Positions 27,021 through 39,439 of a stretch of DNA of 64,000 nt are shown piece after piece; position 1 is the stretch's first letter; every line of letters begins with the position of its first letter. A program made the translations under genes and the position numbers. The notes below the pieces were generated by a model. The model searched no databases and was not told the DNA's origin. It saw only the letters and a list, made by a program, of their open reading frames with translations. Source of the DNA: Octopus vulgaris (lineage: Eukaryota); contig OX597817.1 of NCBI GenBank assembly GCA_951406725.2, positions 129,580,001 through 129,644,000 of the forward strand. Reading direction: 5' to 3'.

Positions 27021-28127
27021 CATACATACATATGCCTGCATGTATGCATGGATGAACAAAGTTACAATAAAGTAGCACACAACATGTTTAGTTACAGTTT
27101 TAAATATTTAATAACAGGATGACACGACTCAAAACTCCACTTTACATGGCAAAATCACATTTAAAACCATGCAGCTAATCATTAGCATTAAATGTGTGTG
27201 CAATAGGTTTATAATTTAACAATAAGTCATCATCATCATCATCATCTTTGTTTAGCATCCGCTTTCCATGCTAGCATGGGTTGGACGGTTCAACTGGGGT
27301 CTGGGAAGCCAGAATTGCTGCACCAGGCCCAGTCTGATCTGGCAATGTTACTACGACTGGATGCCCTTCTTAATGCCAACCACTCCGTGAGTGTAGTGGG
27401 TGCTTTTTACGTGCCACTGGCACAGGTGCCAGACGAAGCTGGCAAACGGCCACGATCAGATGGTGCTTTTTACATGCCACCGGCACGGGGTCAGGCGAGG
27501 CTGGCAACGGCCACAATCAGATGGTGCTTTTTACATGCCACCGGCACGAGGCCAGTCGGAGCGGCGCTGGCAACGGCCACGTTCGGATGGTTCTCTTACG
27601 TACCACCGGCACTGGTATCACAGCTGCAATTTCCATTGATGTTGATCGATTTAAGTGAATAAACAAATTTGCAATTGATATAGTACTTTCCAAAAGTCAT
27701 CAAAATCAGTAAAATGAAATTTTCTTTTTTTAATTACATAAAACCAAACTCGAAAATATCACAAAAATATTGAAACTAAATTGTAATAAAATAGAAGAAA
27801 AAGAAAAACGGTGGTGGGGGGGGGGGCATTGTTCAGAAGCATTTTTCGTGACACAGAGTATTGTTAGCAAACTGAGGCAAACCTTACAAAACTATCATAG
27901 CATGTCAGTGCACACAAGGTAAACTAACATTTTTTTTCTTTTTTGCATAGCTGAAATTTATATGGCTGTGTCGTAAGAAGCTTGCTTACCAACCACATCG
28001 TTCCAAGTTCAGTCCCACTGTGTGGTACCTTGGGCAAGTGTCTTCTACTATGGCTTTGGGTTGACCAAAGCCATGTGAGCAGATTTGGGAGATGGAAATG
28101 GAAAGAATCCCATCATATGTGTATATA

Positions 28128-28558
28128 TGTAGTGACGCCATCTTGGAAATCTCCAGCATGCATGCGCAGGGTTGGAATCTTCCAGAAGGCCTGCCAGAAG
28201 TTCCCTCATGTGCATGCACAGAAAACTAGCAGCAGCAAAGTTCTCTTGTATCTCTCTCTTTGACACTGGCAGCTGAACAATAAAGATGTGTCTTCAGCAG
28301 CCATCTTGAGCTGCTACCTCGTGGTGCATCCCCACTATGCTTGAGCAGGCAGGACTAACTCACTCCACTAGACTACTGCCGATGAGCTCCTAGGCTGCCG
28401 ATTCGCCCAGAGGAAGGAAATGTTTATGTTGTGAATCAAAGAATAAATATTTATACTGTTGAAGTTAACGGAAAATCTTGACTCTTTCTTCAATTAATAT
28501 TTAATGTAAAGGATGCGAGCAGCACCCATCCAGTATGGGAATCTCACATCTTGCTACA
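28128..28558. mobile_element. Solo LTR (Gypsy-like) in a SINE (TA)n tract
   Basis: TGTAG...CTACA termini (TG...CA), 431 bp, TATA on both sides and internal AATAAA at about 28279 and 28442. Confidence 0.7.
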
Positions 28559-30226
28559 TATATATATATAAATATATATATCAATATATATCATCATCAT
28601 CATCATTATCGTTTAACGTCCATTCTCCATGCTAGCATAGGTTGGACGGTTCAACCGGGGATCTGGGAAGCCAGAAGGCTGCACCAGGCTCCAGTCTGAT
28701 CTGGCAGTGTTTCAACAGCAGGATGCCCTTCCTAACGCCAACCACTTCATGAGTGTAGTGGGTGCTTTTTACGTGCACAGGTGCCAGGCAAGGCTGGCAA
28801 TGGCCACAATCGGATTGGTGCTTTTTATGTGCCACCGGCACAGGGATCACAACTGCAGTTTCCATTGATTTTTGATGTTGGTGTACTTGACTCAATGGAT
28901 CTCCTCAAGCACAGGGTCGAAACAGTGTTTCTTTACTTGCCACCTGCACAGGAGTCAGTTCAGCGGCCCAGGCAACTGCTGGGTGCCAGTCATAGGATTG
29001 GTTCAATTTCGATTCCGATTTCACTTGCCCCAACAGGTCTTCACAAGCAGAGTTTAGTGTCCAATGAAGGGAGTTTGGCATGGGTGCCTGTCGTTGGAAG
29101 AGGTTCGATTTCGACTTTGCTTGCCTCAACAGGTCTTCGTGTGTCCAAGGAGGGAAAGGCATGCATAAGTGGGCTGGCTACATCCCTGGCAAGGGACACG
29201 GGATGGACTCACTTGTCCTGCCGGGTCTTCTCACGCACAGCATATTTCCAAATGTCTCGGTCACTAGTCATTGCCTCGGTGATATACTTGTGTCTGTGTT
29301 TGTCCCCCCACTATCGCTTGACAACCAATGTTGATGTGTTTACATCCCTTTAACTTAGTGGTTCAGCAAAAGAGACCGATAGAATAAGCACTAGGCTTAC
29401 AAAGAATAAGTTCTGGGGTAAATATGTTCGACTAAAGGCAGTGCTCCAGCATGGCTGCAGTCAAATGAATGAAACAAGTAAAAGAATAAAAGAATAAAAG
29501 TAAAGTAAACAAACAATAAAATAGACACAAAAACAACATAGAAAGGAATGCAGTAGAAGGATACAAGATATTTTGTTAGACTTTCTATCAATTCTGAGCA
29601 TTCCAAATGTACTTGTATTATTATTATCTTTTTAGCTGTTTCAACCACTGGACTGCATCCATTCTTGAACACAAACCCCCTTGAAATGTTTAATCAAAAA
29701 GATCGACCCCAGGACTTATTTTTTAAAATGTTATTCGATTATTCGATCTTGTTTTTTTTTTTTTTTTTTGCTAAAATGCCAAGTTATGGGGATGTAAACA
29801 AACCAACACCAGTTGTTAAATAGTGGTGGGAGACTAACACAACACAAACACACACAACTACACATGCACATATATATCAACAAAAGATGGGAGGCAGAAT
29901 TAACAGCAACATAACAAGGAAAACTTTATATATTTCAAAGTCAAAGTAGTTTGTTGTATTTATACAGGAACACTAATGAGAAGAAATGCATGATTGCAAA
30001 ATGCTTCAATTGGTTCTGCAAATATTTTAGCATTTGGCTGAAATGCATGTCCTATAGTATAGAAATGTATGTCCTATAGTTTTGAATATCACACCTGTTT
30101 TTGCTAATTACTACATTCTCTATCTCTCTCTCTCTATATATATATATAGGAACTGAAACATGTTATAATGTATATATAAAAATTAAAAATTGTATAATAC
30201 AGCAGCATTTTCGAACTTCATTTTTT

Positions 30227-30262
<36 letters not shown>

Positions 30263-30269
30263 AAAAATA

Positions 30270-30300
<31 letters not shown>

Positions 30301-30703
30301 TATATATGGTAAGTAGCTATGGCACAGGAGTGGCTGTGTGATACATAGCTTACTTACTAGCCACATGGTTCCAGGTTCAGTCCCACTATGTGACACCTTG
30401 GGCAAGTGTCTTCTACTATTGCCTCAGGCTAACCAAAGCCTTGTGAGTGGATTTGGCAGATGGAAACTGAAAGAAGCCTGTCATGTATATATATATATGT
30501 ATGTGTGTATCTGTGTCTGTCCCCCCCACCATCGCTTGACAACTGATGTTGGTGTGTTTTTGTCCCTGTGACTTAGTGGTTTGTCAAAAGAGACCAATAT
30601 AGTAAGTACTAGGCTTACAAAGAATAAGTCTTGGGGTTAATTTCTTCAACTAAAGGAGGTGCTCCAGCATGGCTACAGTCAAATGACTGAAACAAGTAAA
30701 AGA

Positions 30704-30739
<36 letters not shown>

Positions 30740-31458
30740 TTAAGAGGGTGCGTGCGTTTAGTCATATAATATATTAATAAATGAAATAAAACATATGCAT
30801 ATATATAAACATATATGTACGTACCTACCTCTACATGTACATATACACGCATATATGAGTACAGGACACCAAAGGGACGTCGAACACAAAGAGAGACGAA
30901 AACATAGACACAAACCAAAGGAACTGGACATTTTTTTAAAAACAACAAAAAATGGAGTACAGGACAATTAACACAACGAAAAAAACCCTTCTTCAGTCGC
31001 TAAGGTTTCATCTACTCTACGTTTCGAAGGATAAAAGCGAGACGTATCTTCGACAAAAAACTTTCCTTCCTGCGAAAAGCAAATCAATTAAAATTCTGAG
31101 GTCTTTTCGCAGAGGGGTAAAAAATGGTAAAAAAATGGTAAAAAAACAGGACAGTAATGACAGTACAAAAATATAAACAGTAAAAAAATAAACAGTAAAA
31201 AAATATAACAGTAAAAAAAATATAACAGTAAAAGACAGGACAGAGAAAAACAAGATAAGAAGGGCTGTTGACGCCGAACGAAAAAGTATTGCAAACGCAG
31301 AATTTTTTGTGAACGACAGGAGAGCAGGAAGAATGTCGTCCAGTTACCTTGAAAGCCAGGCCAAAAAAGACAGTCAGGGCGGAAGTATCGTCGCGGGTGG
31401 ACGACGGGAAGGGGGGAGGAGGAGCAAGAGGAAGGGAGAGAAGAAGGGGAAAGGCTGC

Positions 31459-31516
31459 GAGGAGACCATGAAGAATGGTGAGGGGTAGACCCCTCACCAT
31501 TCTTCATGGTCTCCTC
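31459..31516. repeat. Perfect 28-bp palindrome with 2-nt spacer
   Basis: GAGGAGACCATGAAGAATGGTGAGGGGT-AG-ACCCCTCACCATTCTTCATGGTCTCCTC. Confidence 0.95.
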
Positions 31517-34500
31517 ATTAGGAATACTCAGCCGTAGAGGGATGCAAGGGTCATTCTAATCGACTAGTCCTCTCGCATAAATTTCAGGCCTTGTGCCTAT
31601 GATAGAAAGGATTGTTATTAGTAGTAGTAGTAGCAACAGCAGCAGCAGTGGTGACGGCAGCAGTAGTCATTGTCATTGCATTACCCACCAAGACTACCAA
31701 TATCACCATCATAAACTTCCTAACTAAGAGACTAGCAAAAAAAAAAGAAACCATGATGGATTTAGCGACATAGTTACTAAACACACAAACACACACAGAT
31801 TAACGTACACACAAACTAATTCCTATTCTTCCATTTGGTGTTTGAATATACTAATTAAATAAATTGTTGTTATGAGACAAAAAAAGCTACATTATCTCCA
31901 AGCTTGTCTTTTGTGTAAGTTGGGAATGGCATTCATTGTTTGAAGAATCCAGTCTGTTGATTTGCACATAACCACCTGCCAATATTGTACGAGTGTGTGA
32001 GTGTTTGTACATATATGTATATGTTTGCATGTGTAAGTAGATCAACTAATCAATAGCATCTAGCTGTGTCCTATATGTGATCAATATTTATTGACTCTAC
32101 TCGACTTATTATTATTATTATTATCATCATCATTATTACTATTATGTCAGGCTTTTAAGGTCTATCCAGTCAATATGTCATAAACTGAGCCAATTAGGGA
32201 GCCTTTTCATTATACTACAAGCAAATAGCAACAAAATGTTCCTGATGTTCTAGCATGTGAACTTGAAAGAAAGAATTGCACAATGTCAAATATCCCAAGT
32301 CAGACAGGATGATCGTGGCTGGAATGACTTTATAAGTCTTCTCAATCAGAATTGACAGTGGGGAGTAAACCAACAACAACATATTATGGATTATGATCTA
32401 TTTTGCCTTTACTGTATGATAACTATGTGATCCATCTAGCTGTGCTCTACAGATTGTGGTCTATCTTGACAACATCTACTGAATAAATAATGTCTACCAA
32501 GCTATACAGTATTGATGAACATTGATACTCAACCAATTTTTGCCTATGAACCCTCTTGATTCGTGTATTACATGCATGGACCTTCATCATCCTTCAATCT
32601 TTAAAAATATCCAATTATATTTTTATAATTGGCACCCTGTTGGTTACGGTGGTGAGTGTTCCTGTTGATGAGATCAATGGAAATGCCTGTTCCTGAAATT
32701 AATGTGCAAGTAGCTGAGCACTCCTAGACATGTGTACCCTTAATGTAGTTCCCAGGGGAGATTCAGCATGATACAGAATGTGACAAGGCTAGCCTTTTTG
32801 AAATACTGGTACAACACTAATTTTTGCTAGCTGATTTTAATATTTTTAGGAATTGTATACAAAACCTTGTTAGGGATCAAATTTTTAAAATTGTTAAAAT
32901 ACTTTATGCATTGTAGAAATATAAACAGTTTATGTTATTCTTTTAATGGTTTCAGTCATTTGGCTGCAGCCATGCTGGAGCACCACTTTTAATCAAGCAA
33001 ATCAATCCCAGGACTTATTCTAGTACTTATTCTATTATTCACTTTTGCTGAACTGCTAAGTTACAGCGACGTAAACACATCAGCATCTGTTGTCAAGCAA
33101 TGTTGGGGGGACAAACACAAACATATGCACACACATACATATATATATATGTATATATATATATATACATATATATATACGACAGGCTTCTTTCAATTTC
33201 CATCTACCAAATCCACTCACAAGGCTTTGGTTAGCCCAAGGCTATAGCAGAAGACAGTTGCCCAAGGTGCCACACAGTGGGACTGAACCCAGAACCATGC
33301 TGGTAAGCAAGTTACTTACCACACAGCTGCTCCTGCACATAAATTTTAACAACAAAATCTTACATGGAACCCCTAAGGGTCATATGGGCCCTGGTTGAGA
33401 ATTTCTGGTATAGATTGTGGTATGCTTGTTTAGGGGAACGTGGACATTATTCAATATCTACAGGCCAATTTAAGGTGGCGAGCTGGCAGAATTGTTACCA
33501 TGCTGGACAAAATGCATAACAGCATTTCTTCTGCTTTTACATTCTGAGTTCAAATGCTGCTGAGGTTGACTCTGCTTTTCACCTTTTCAGGGTCAATAAA
33601 AGAAGTACCTCCATCAGTTGAGGCTGATCATATATCAGTACAAATATGAGCAGGTCTGGGCAAGCTTTTTGAAGGAGGATGGCAGTCATCCATACATGCA
33701 AGACTCCCCTCTCCACACCATCAACGTTTAACCAAAAGGAAGTGTTAGCATGCTGGACAAAGTGCTTAGCAGCGATTCATCCATCTTTACATGCTGTGTT
33801 CAAATTTTGCTGCTAGGGTTTGATGAAGTAAGTACCAGTTGAGAACTAGAATCGAAATAAACAACATAGCCCCACCCTCAAAATTGAAGGCCTTGTGCTA
33901 AAATTGGAAACCAGCATTGAGGGGTTGGAAGCAGGCAGAATTGTTACTGCACCAGTCTTCACATTCTGAGTTCAAGTTCCATCAAGGTTCACTTTGCCTT
34001 TCATCCTTTCAGGATCAATAAAATAAGTACCAGTTGAACACTAGAGTGGATTTAATCATCTTAGTCCCTCCCCCCATATTTCAGGCCTTGTGCCAAAATT
34101 TGGAACCAAAGTTAATCCATAAGAAAGTTGGTGATTTCAGCCCATACACCTTGGCACATAAATTGTTGTAACATGTGTTGCAGTCAGAAGACAATGAAAA
34201 TGAATAGATACCATAAAGTATCCTACCCAAACCTCAACAAGTTCTGTCAATCCACTACTCTGGATTGCTAATTTCTTATCTATCTCAAAACAATTGAAAG
34301 ACAAAAGTAACAACAGTGAGATTTGAACTCAAAGAACAGACAGTCAGAACAGATATCATAACGCATTCCACTATCTACAAACTACATAATGTCTCTCATC
34401 TCTCTCAGTGTAGGAAGCATATATAAACAATAACTACATTCACATTATAACTTTATTAAATCATATGAGCTGCGCCACTGACCAAAAATATGTGACAAGA

Positions 34501-34961
34501 ATAGACAGAAGGGACAAGAATAGACAGAAGGGATTTTTTAGTAGAGTCATTGTTATCAGCAATGCCTGCATCAGAAAGGTCAGCAGTTCAAAACCTTTGT
34601 GATAACTCAAAAGATTCTAGATTTGTATTCTTTTGACTTAGACTATAGAACTTTGGTATATCATAATAAACATTGAGTTTATAATCTTTCAATGTGTTTA
34701 TACTAGGATATAATACATACACACACACACATGCATGCATATAAATCATCATCATCATTATCATCATATTCATCTTTAACGTTTGTTTTCCATGCTGGCA
34801 TTGGGTAGACAGGAAATGATGAAAATGGTAAAGATGTATATATACATAAATATATGTGCATGTGTAGGTGTATTATAACTTAGTACATGTACATACATAT
34901 GTATATATATATGTATAAATGTGTGTGCATATATAAATGTGCATGTACATATATATATATA

Positions 34962-35380
34962 GGCGCAGGAGTGGCTGTGTGGTAAGTAGCTTGCTAACCA
35001 ACCACATGGTTCCGGGTTCAGTCCCACTGCGTGGCATCTTGGGCAAGTGTCTTCTACTATAGCCCCGGGCCGACCAATGCCTTGCGAGTGGATTTGGTAG
35101 ACGGAAACTGAAAGAAGCCTGTCGTATATATGTATATATATATATATATATATGTATGTGTTTTTTGTGTGCCTGTGTTTGTCCCCCTAGCATTGCTTGA
35201 CAACCGATGCTGGTGTGTTTACGTCCCCGTAACTTAGCGGTTCGGCAAAAGAGACCAATAGAATAAGTACTGGGCTTACAAAGAATAAGTCCCGGGGTCG
35301 ATTTGCTCGACTAAAGGCGGTGCTCCAGCATGGCCGCAGTCAAGTGACTGAAACAAGTAAAAGAGTAAAGAGTAAAGAGT
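34962..35380 (+). mobile_element. Young full-length CORE-type tRNA SINE (family B)
   Basis: GGCGCAGGAGTGGCTGTGTGGTAAG A-box region, GGTTCAGTCCC B-box, TTGGGCAAGTG core, CpGs retained and (GAGTAAA)n tail. Other copies at 14307, 16981, 21272 (-), 24690 (-), 27961, 30320, 32945 (-) and 35774. Confidence 0.85.
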
Positions 35381-36041
35381 ATAATAAGATTCCTTGGATG
35401 GAATTTATAAATATTTTAATGCATCACTATGTGCATTTCCACAAATCTCGCTTTTCTAAAGATCATAGTCAATATTCCTGGGATGATTACAGTGCAGTCT
35501 GTAATGGACTATGATCTTAAGAAACATGTGTTTATGAAAACGCTCGTAGTGATGCATTAAAATATTTATAAATTCTATCCAGAGATTATTATTATCATTA
35601 TTACTATATTTATCATACATTATATCAGCACAGCTTAGTGCAACCCCAAAAATCTGTTATCTCCAGTTGGTATCAATAGGATGTAACTGACATAATAAAA
35701 TAGGAGCTTTTTTATATGCATATTCAAAAGATTGCCCATAAACAAACTTACAGGATATATATATATATATATGGGCTGACCAAAGCCTTGTGAATGGATT
35801 TGGTAGACGGAAACTGAAAGAAGCCCGTCGTATATATGTGTGTGTGTGTTTGTCCCCCCAACATCGCTTGACAACCGATGCTGGTGTGTTTATGTCCCCG
35901 TAACTTAGCGTTTCGGCAAAAGAGGCCGCTAGAATAAGTACTAGGCTTACAAAGAATAAGTCCTGTGGTCGATTTGTTCAACTAAAGGCAGAGCTCCAGC
36001 ATGGCCACAGTCAAATGGCTGAAACGAGTAAAAGAGTATAC

Positions 36042-36092
<51 letters not shown>

Positions 36093-36364
36093 GCAAGTGT
36101 ATTTCTTTGCTATTGTTTATTTTCAACATAGACTTACTGCAGGATAACATGACCAAATCTTCTAAGATACTCAATCATTTTCTTGTGTGGGAGTTGTGTG
36201 CACATGCATGCAAGCAAAATCTGACATGCAGTTCATTTCATCCCATCCCCATTTGTTTTTCTTTTGTGTGTGTTTGTATGTATATGTAAAAAAAAAAAAC
36301 TGTGATTTATCTAGAGAAAATTAGGGTTGAACTATTCGAGAGTCAGGAGAAAAAAAAAACTTAC

Positions 36365-36426
36365 TTTTTCTGCTTCATCATTTCTACCTAACAAACTATA
36401 GACAATTCCAAGATTCAGGTAAGCCA
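36365..36426 (-). CDS. TMTC2: TMTC2-like TPR exon
   Basis: ttttttttacAG acceptor and GTAAGT donor; 62 bp, phase 1 to 0. Encodes (M)AYLNLGIVYSLLGRNDEAEK, matching TMTC2 AYLNTGIILMNQGRTEEARR. Phases fit both neighbours. Too short for the ORF track. Confidence 0.88.
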
Positions 36427-36479
36427 CTGTAAAAAAAAGATTAAAAAAAAAAAATGATGATTATAATAATAATAATAAC

Positions 36480-36544
<65 letters not shown>

Positions 36545-36545
36545 T

Positions 36546-36905
36546 AATTCAAAAAATAGTGCTCCTGGGAACTGCTTATATCCTAAGAAAAATATTGTCG
36601 ATATGATTCCAAAAACATTTTAATCTGTGAATATTATCAAAAGTACTATTAAATGTACATAACAGCAAATACCTTTTACTGTCATCTTAAGATCACACTT
36701 ATGATCTTATCATCAAATTACTTTTAAAACAAACTTAGTTTTCTTGTGTTTTGACAGGCACTCTCTAGAACAATATTCCGTGCCAAACCAAAAATATGGT
36801 ACCCTAGTCACAATACCAACTTGAACTTCTAACTTGTCTCTTGAGGTCTCTGGGTAAGACTTGGAGTCAACTTGTACAAATACAAAGCAAAAGCCAAATA
36901 TATAA
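36546..36905 (+). mobile_element. 5'-truncated R4/Dong copy between two (TAA)n tracts
   Basis: IQKIVLLGTAYILRKILSI* followed by a 3' UTR; (AAT)n on both sides. Confidence 0.75.
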
Positions 36906-36959
36906 TAACAATAATAATAATCATAATAATAATAATAGTAATAATAATAATAATAATAA

Positions 36960-37390
36960 TTTATTCTTTTATTGGCCACAAGGGCTAATATAACTATACA
37001 TAAGACGACATGCAATACCATAAAAGACAGCACAAGACAATACAAAGGGTTTAACTGCATGTAAACAGTAAAAGCAATCAAAGTTAAACAATATAAAACT
37101 CATAAATGGGGAGGCACTCTAAGGTTACTCATGGAAAAATCCATAAAAACCACAGGTGCGTGACCAACAAGGCAAGATCCCTTCTTTTATTTCTTCACAG
37201 GTGTATACTCAGAATTGGTCCTTTCACACTGACCATTCTTCCAACATTCATCCACCTTTCAATAAACTTGCTAAAAGATAACACTTCCCTCTCCACTCTC
37301 AATTTCCTTTTGAAGTGAAACTTGAAGAAGTCAATGAGAGCTCTACCAAACAGCTATGTATCTGACCTCATGCCTTTCAGCCTTGTCCAA
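36960..37390 (-). mobile_element. Possible L1/Tx1-like LINE 3' end
   Basis: Minus strand ALIDFFKFHFKRKLRVEREVLS, then a UTR ending GCCCTTGTGGCCAATAAAAGAATAAA next to (ATT)n. Confidence 0.4.
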
Positions 37391-37400
37391 TAATAATAAT

Positions 37401-38805
37401 GAAGATTATCTATGGAACAATAATACCGTACTGATATGGAACTGGATAGCCTAGTCTAGTCTGTGCAGATTTTCTCCAATGATATTAAGATGGAGTTTGA
37501 GCTCTTAAAATGTGCTACGATGGTGATGAGATGAGGAAAGCTTATCAGAACAGAAGGCATAGGTTTCCATAGGTGAGATGATGAAAGCAATTCAGCTTCA
37601 ATCCGGCTATAAATACCTGAAAATACTTGAGGCAGATGGAATTAAACACGGTATGAAGGAAAAGACAAAAAGAGAGTACCTTCAGCAAATGAGAAAAGTA
37701 TTGGCTTTATAGGTGAATGCCAGAAACAATTTCAGCAATAAACTCGTGCGCAGTTGCAGTAGTTCGGTATGGCATTGGAATTCTGAAGTGGACAGAGGAG
37801 GAGCAAAAGGAGATGGGCAGGAAGTCAAAAAAGCTCCTGACGATGCATGGAGCCCATCATTCATGTGCAGACACTGACCGCCTATACATCAAGAGAGCAA
37901 CTTGAGGAAGAGGACTAATAAGTCCAGAAGAATTTAATGAGATACCTAGTCCAAAGTAAGGAAACCTTGCTAGTTTCAGTTTGGAATGAAGGAGTATTGA
38001 AAGCAGAAAAAAATGGAAACACAAAAGAAGTACAAAAAGGACATGAAGAAGAATTATGCAAGAAGGGACTACACAATCAACTCCATGTAGCTGCAACAGA
38101 GGCTGCTGGAAAAAATAGGTGGGATTGGCTGAAGAAAAGAACACTAAAAAAAGAGACCAAGAGCACTATACTGGTAGTGCAAGACCAAGCTTTGGCTATA
38201 AACTGGAGAGTCAACTTTTGGAATGAGCAAGTGTCTCTGCTGTGCCACATTTGTAATAGAGTGAATGAAACCATTGCCCATATCATAAACGAATGCCCTA
38301 GACTTGTCCCAAACCACTATAAGTTGTGGTGACATGATCAGGTAGCGAAAGTGTTACATTGGAAACTGTGCAAAAGGTGGGGGCTAGAGAGAAGCAAGAT
38401 GTAGCATGAGTGCAAACCACAGAGAGTGGCAAAGTTGGAGACTAGCAAAATCTTCTGGGATTTCCCAATCCAAGCAGATCAGGTGCTAGAGCATAACAGA
38501 CCAGATCTAATGGTGGTTAGCAAGATGCACCACATGCTATATAGTTAACATTAGATGCTCCTTTGACCCACAAATAGTCAAGAAAGAAGATGAAAAATAG
38601 ATAAATACAACCCTCTTAAATACAAAATAGCCCAGCTATAGAAAATGAATGTAAATATAGTGCCAATTGCTGAATCTTTGGGGACAGTATCAGAAGGCAT
38701 CAAGAGGAATATCAAGGAAATTGGAATAGCGTGCCAGTAGAACCGTTACACAAGGTTTACTTCCTTGGCATGGCCAGAATAATCCAGAAAAGTATTAGAT
38801 AGCTG
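37401..38805 (+). mobile_element. Degenerate R4/Dong 3' half (RT thumb, CCHC, REL endonuclease)
   Basis: SNDIKMEF, AINSCAVAVVRYG, HHSCADTDRLYIKR, QDQAL, CHICNRVNETIAHIINEC, HNRPDL and GMARII motifs, broken by stops and frameshifts. Confidence 0.8.
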
Positions 38806-38951
38806 AAAAGAATAGATAGCATGGATTAGGAGTAGCAATTACTCAATGTTCCAGTCTAGCTTTAAAAGAAACTTACTATGATAGTCAATTATAATTGTCT
38901 CACACCTTGATGAAAAGATGGGGTTGACTGACAGAATAGTTAGATACTTAC

Positions 38952-39037
38952 TTGTGAGTTTCGGACGGCACAAAATTGCTGTCTTGTAGCTCTCTATTGC
39001 TTCATGATAACGTTGCTGATCTTGTAAGAGAATGCCT
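38952..39037 (-). CDS. TMTC2: TMTC2-like O-mannosyltransferase, TPR-region exon (most 5' exon visible)
   Basis: ttttacAG acceptor and GTAAGT donor; 86 bp, phase 2 to 1. Encodes (L)GILLQDQQRYHEAIESYKTAILCRPKLT, matching recalled vertebrate TMTC2 GLLLQENSRFAEALHYYKLAIGSRPTL. Confidence 0.88.
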
Positions 39038-39439
39038 CTGTAAAATAAAGTGAAATATAAATTAAAATTTATTTTCAAAAAAATGTTTTAGAAGTATGAT
39101 TTATAGTTATTTCTGTTTAATTTTGTAATTTTATCTGAATTTCTTAAAATGAGTTATCATTATCAAATACGGCAGAGACCTGAAGAAGGTTGGACAATAT
39201 ACTGGCTGAAATAATAGTTCCAAATTTTGGCACAAGGCCAACAATTTTTGGGGAAGGATTAGATTGATAACATCAAACCCAGTGCTCAACTTGTACACCC
39301 TTAAAGGATGAAAAGCAAAGTCAACCTTGCAGAATTTGAACTCAAAATATAAAGATGGGTGAAATGCTGCTAAGCGTTTTGCCTGGTATGCTAACAATTC
39401 TGCCACCTCACTGCCTTTATTGGCCAAAATATTGCTTTC

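Noticed and set aside
30985-31035. Permuted hammerhead on the minus strand (GAAACGTA ... CTGAAGAAGGG)
   Set aside because: Stem I does not form and stem II is mostly wobble pairs; at best a decayed pLTR.
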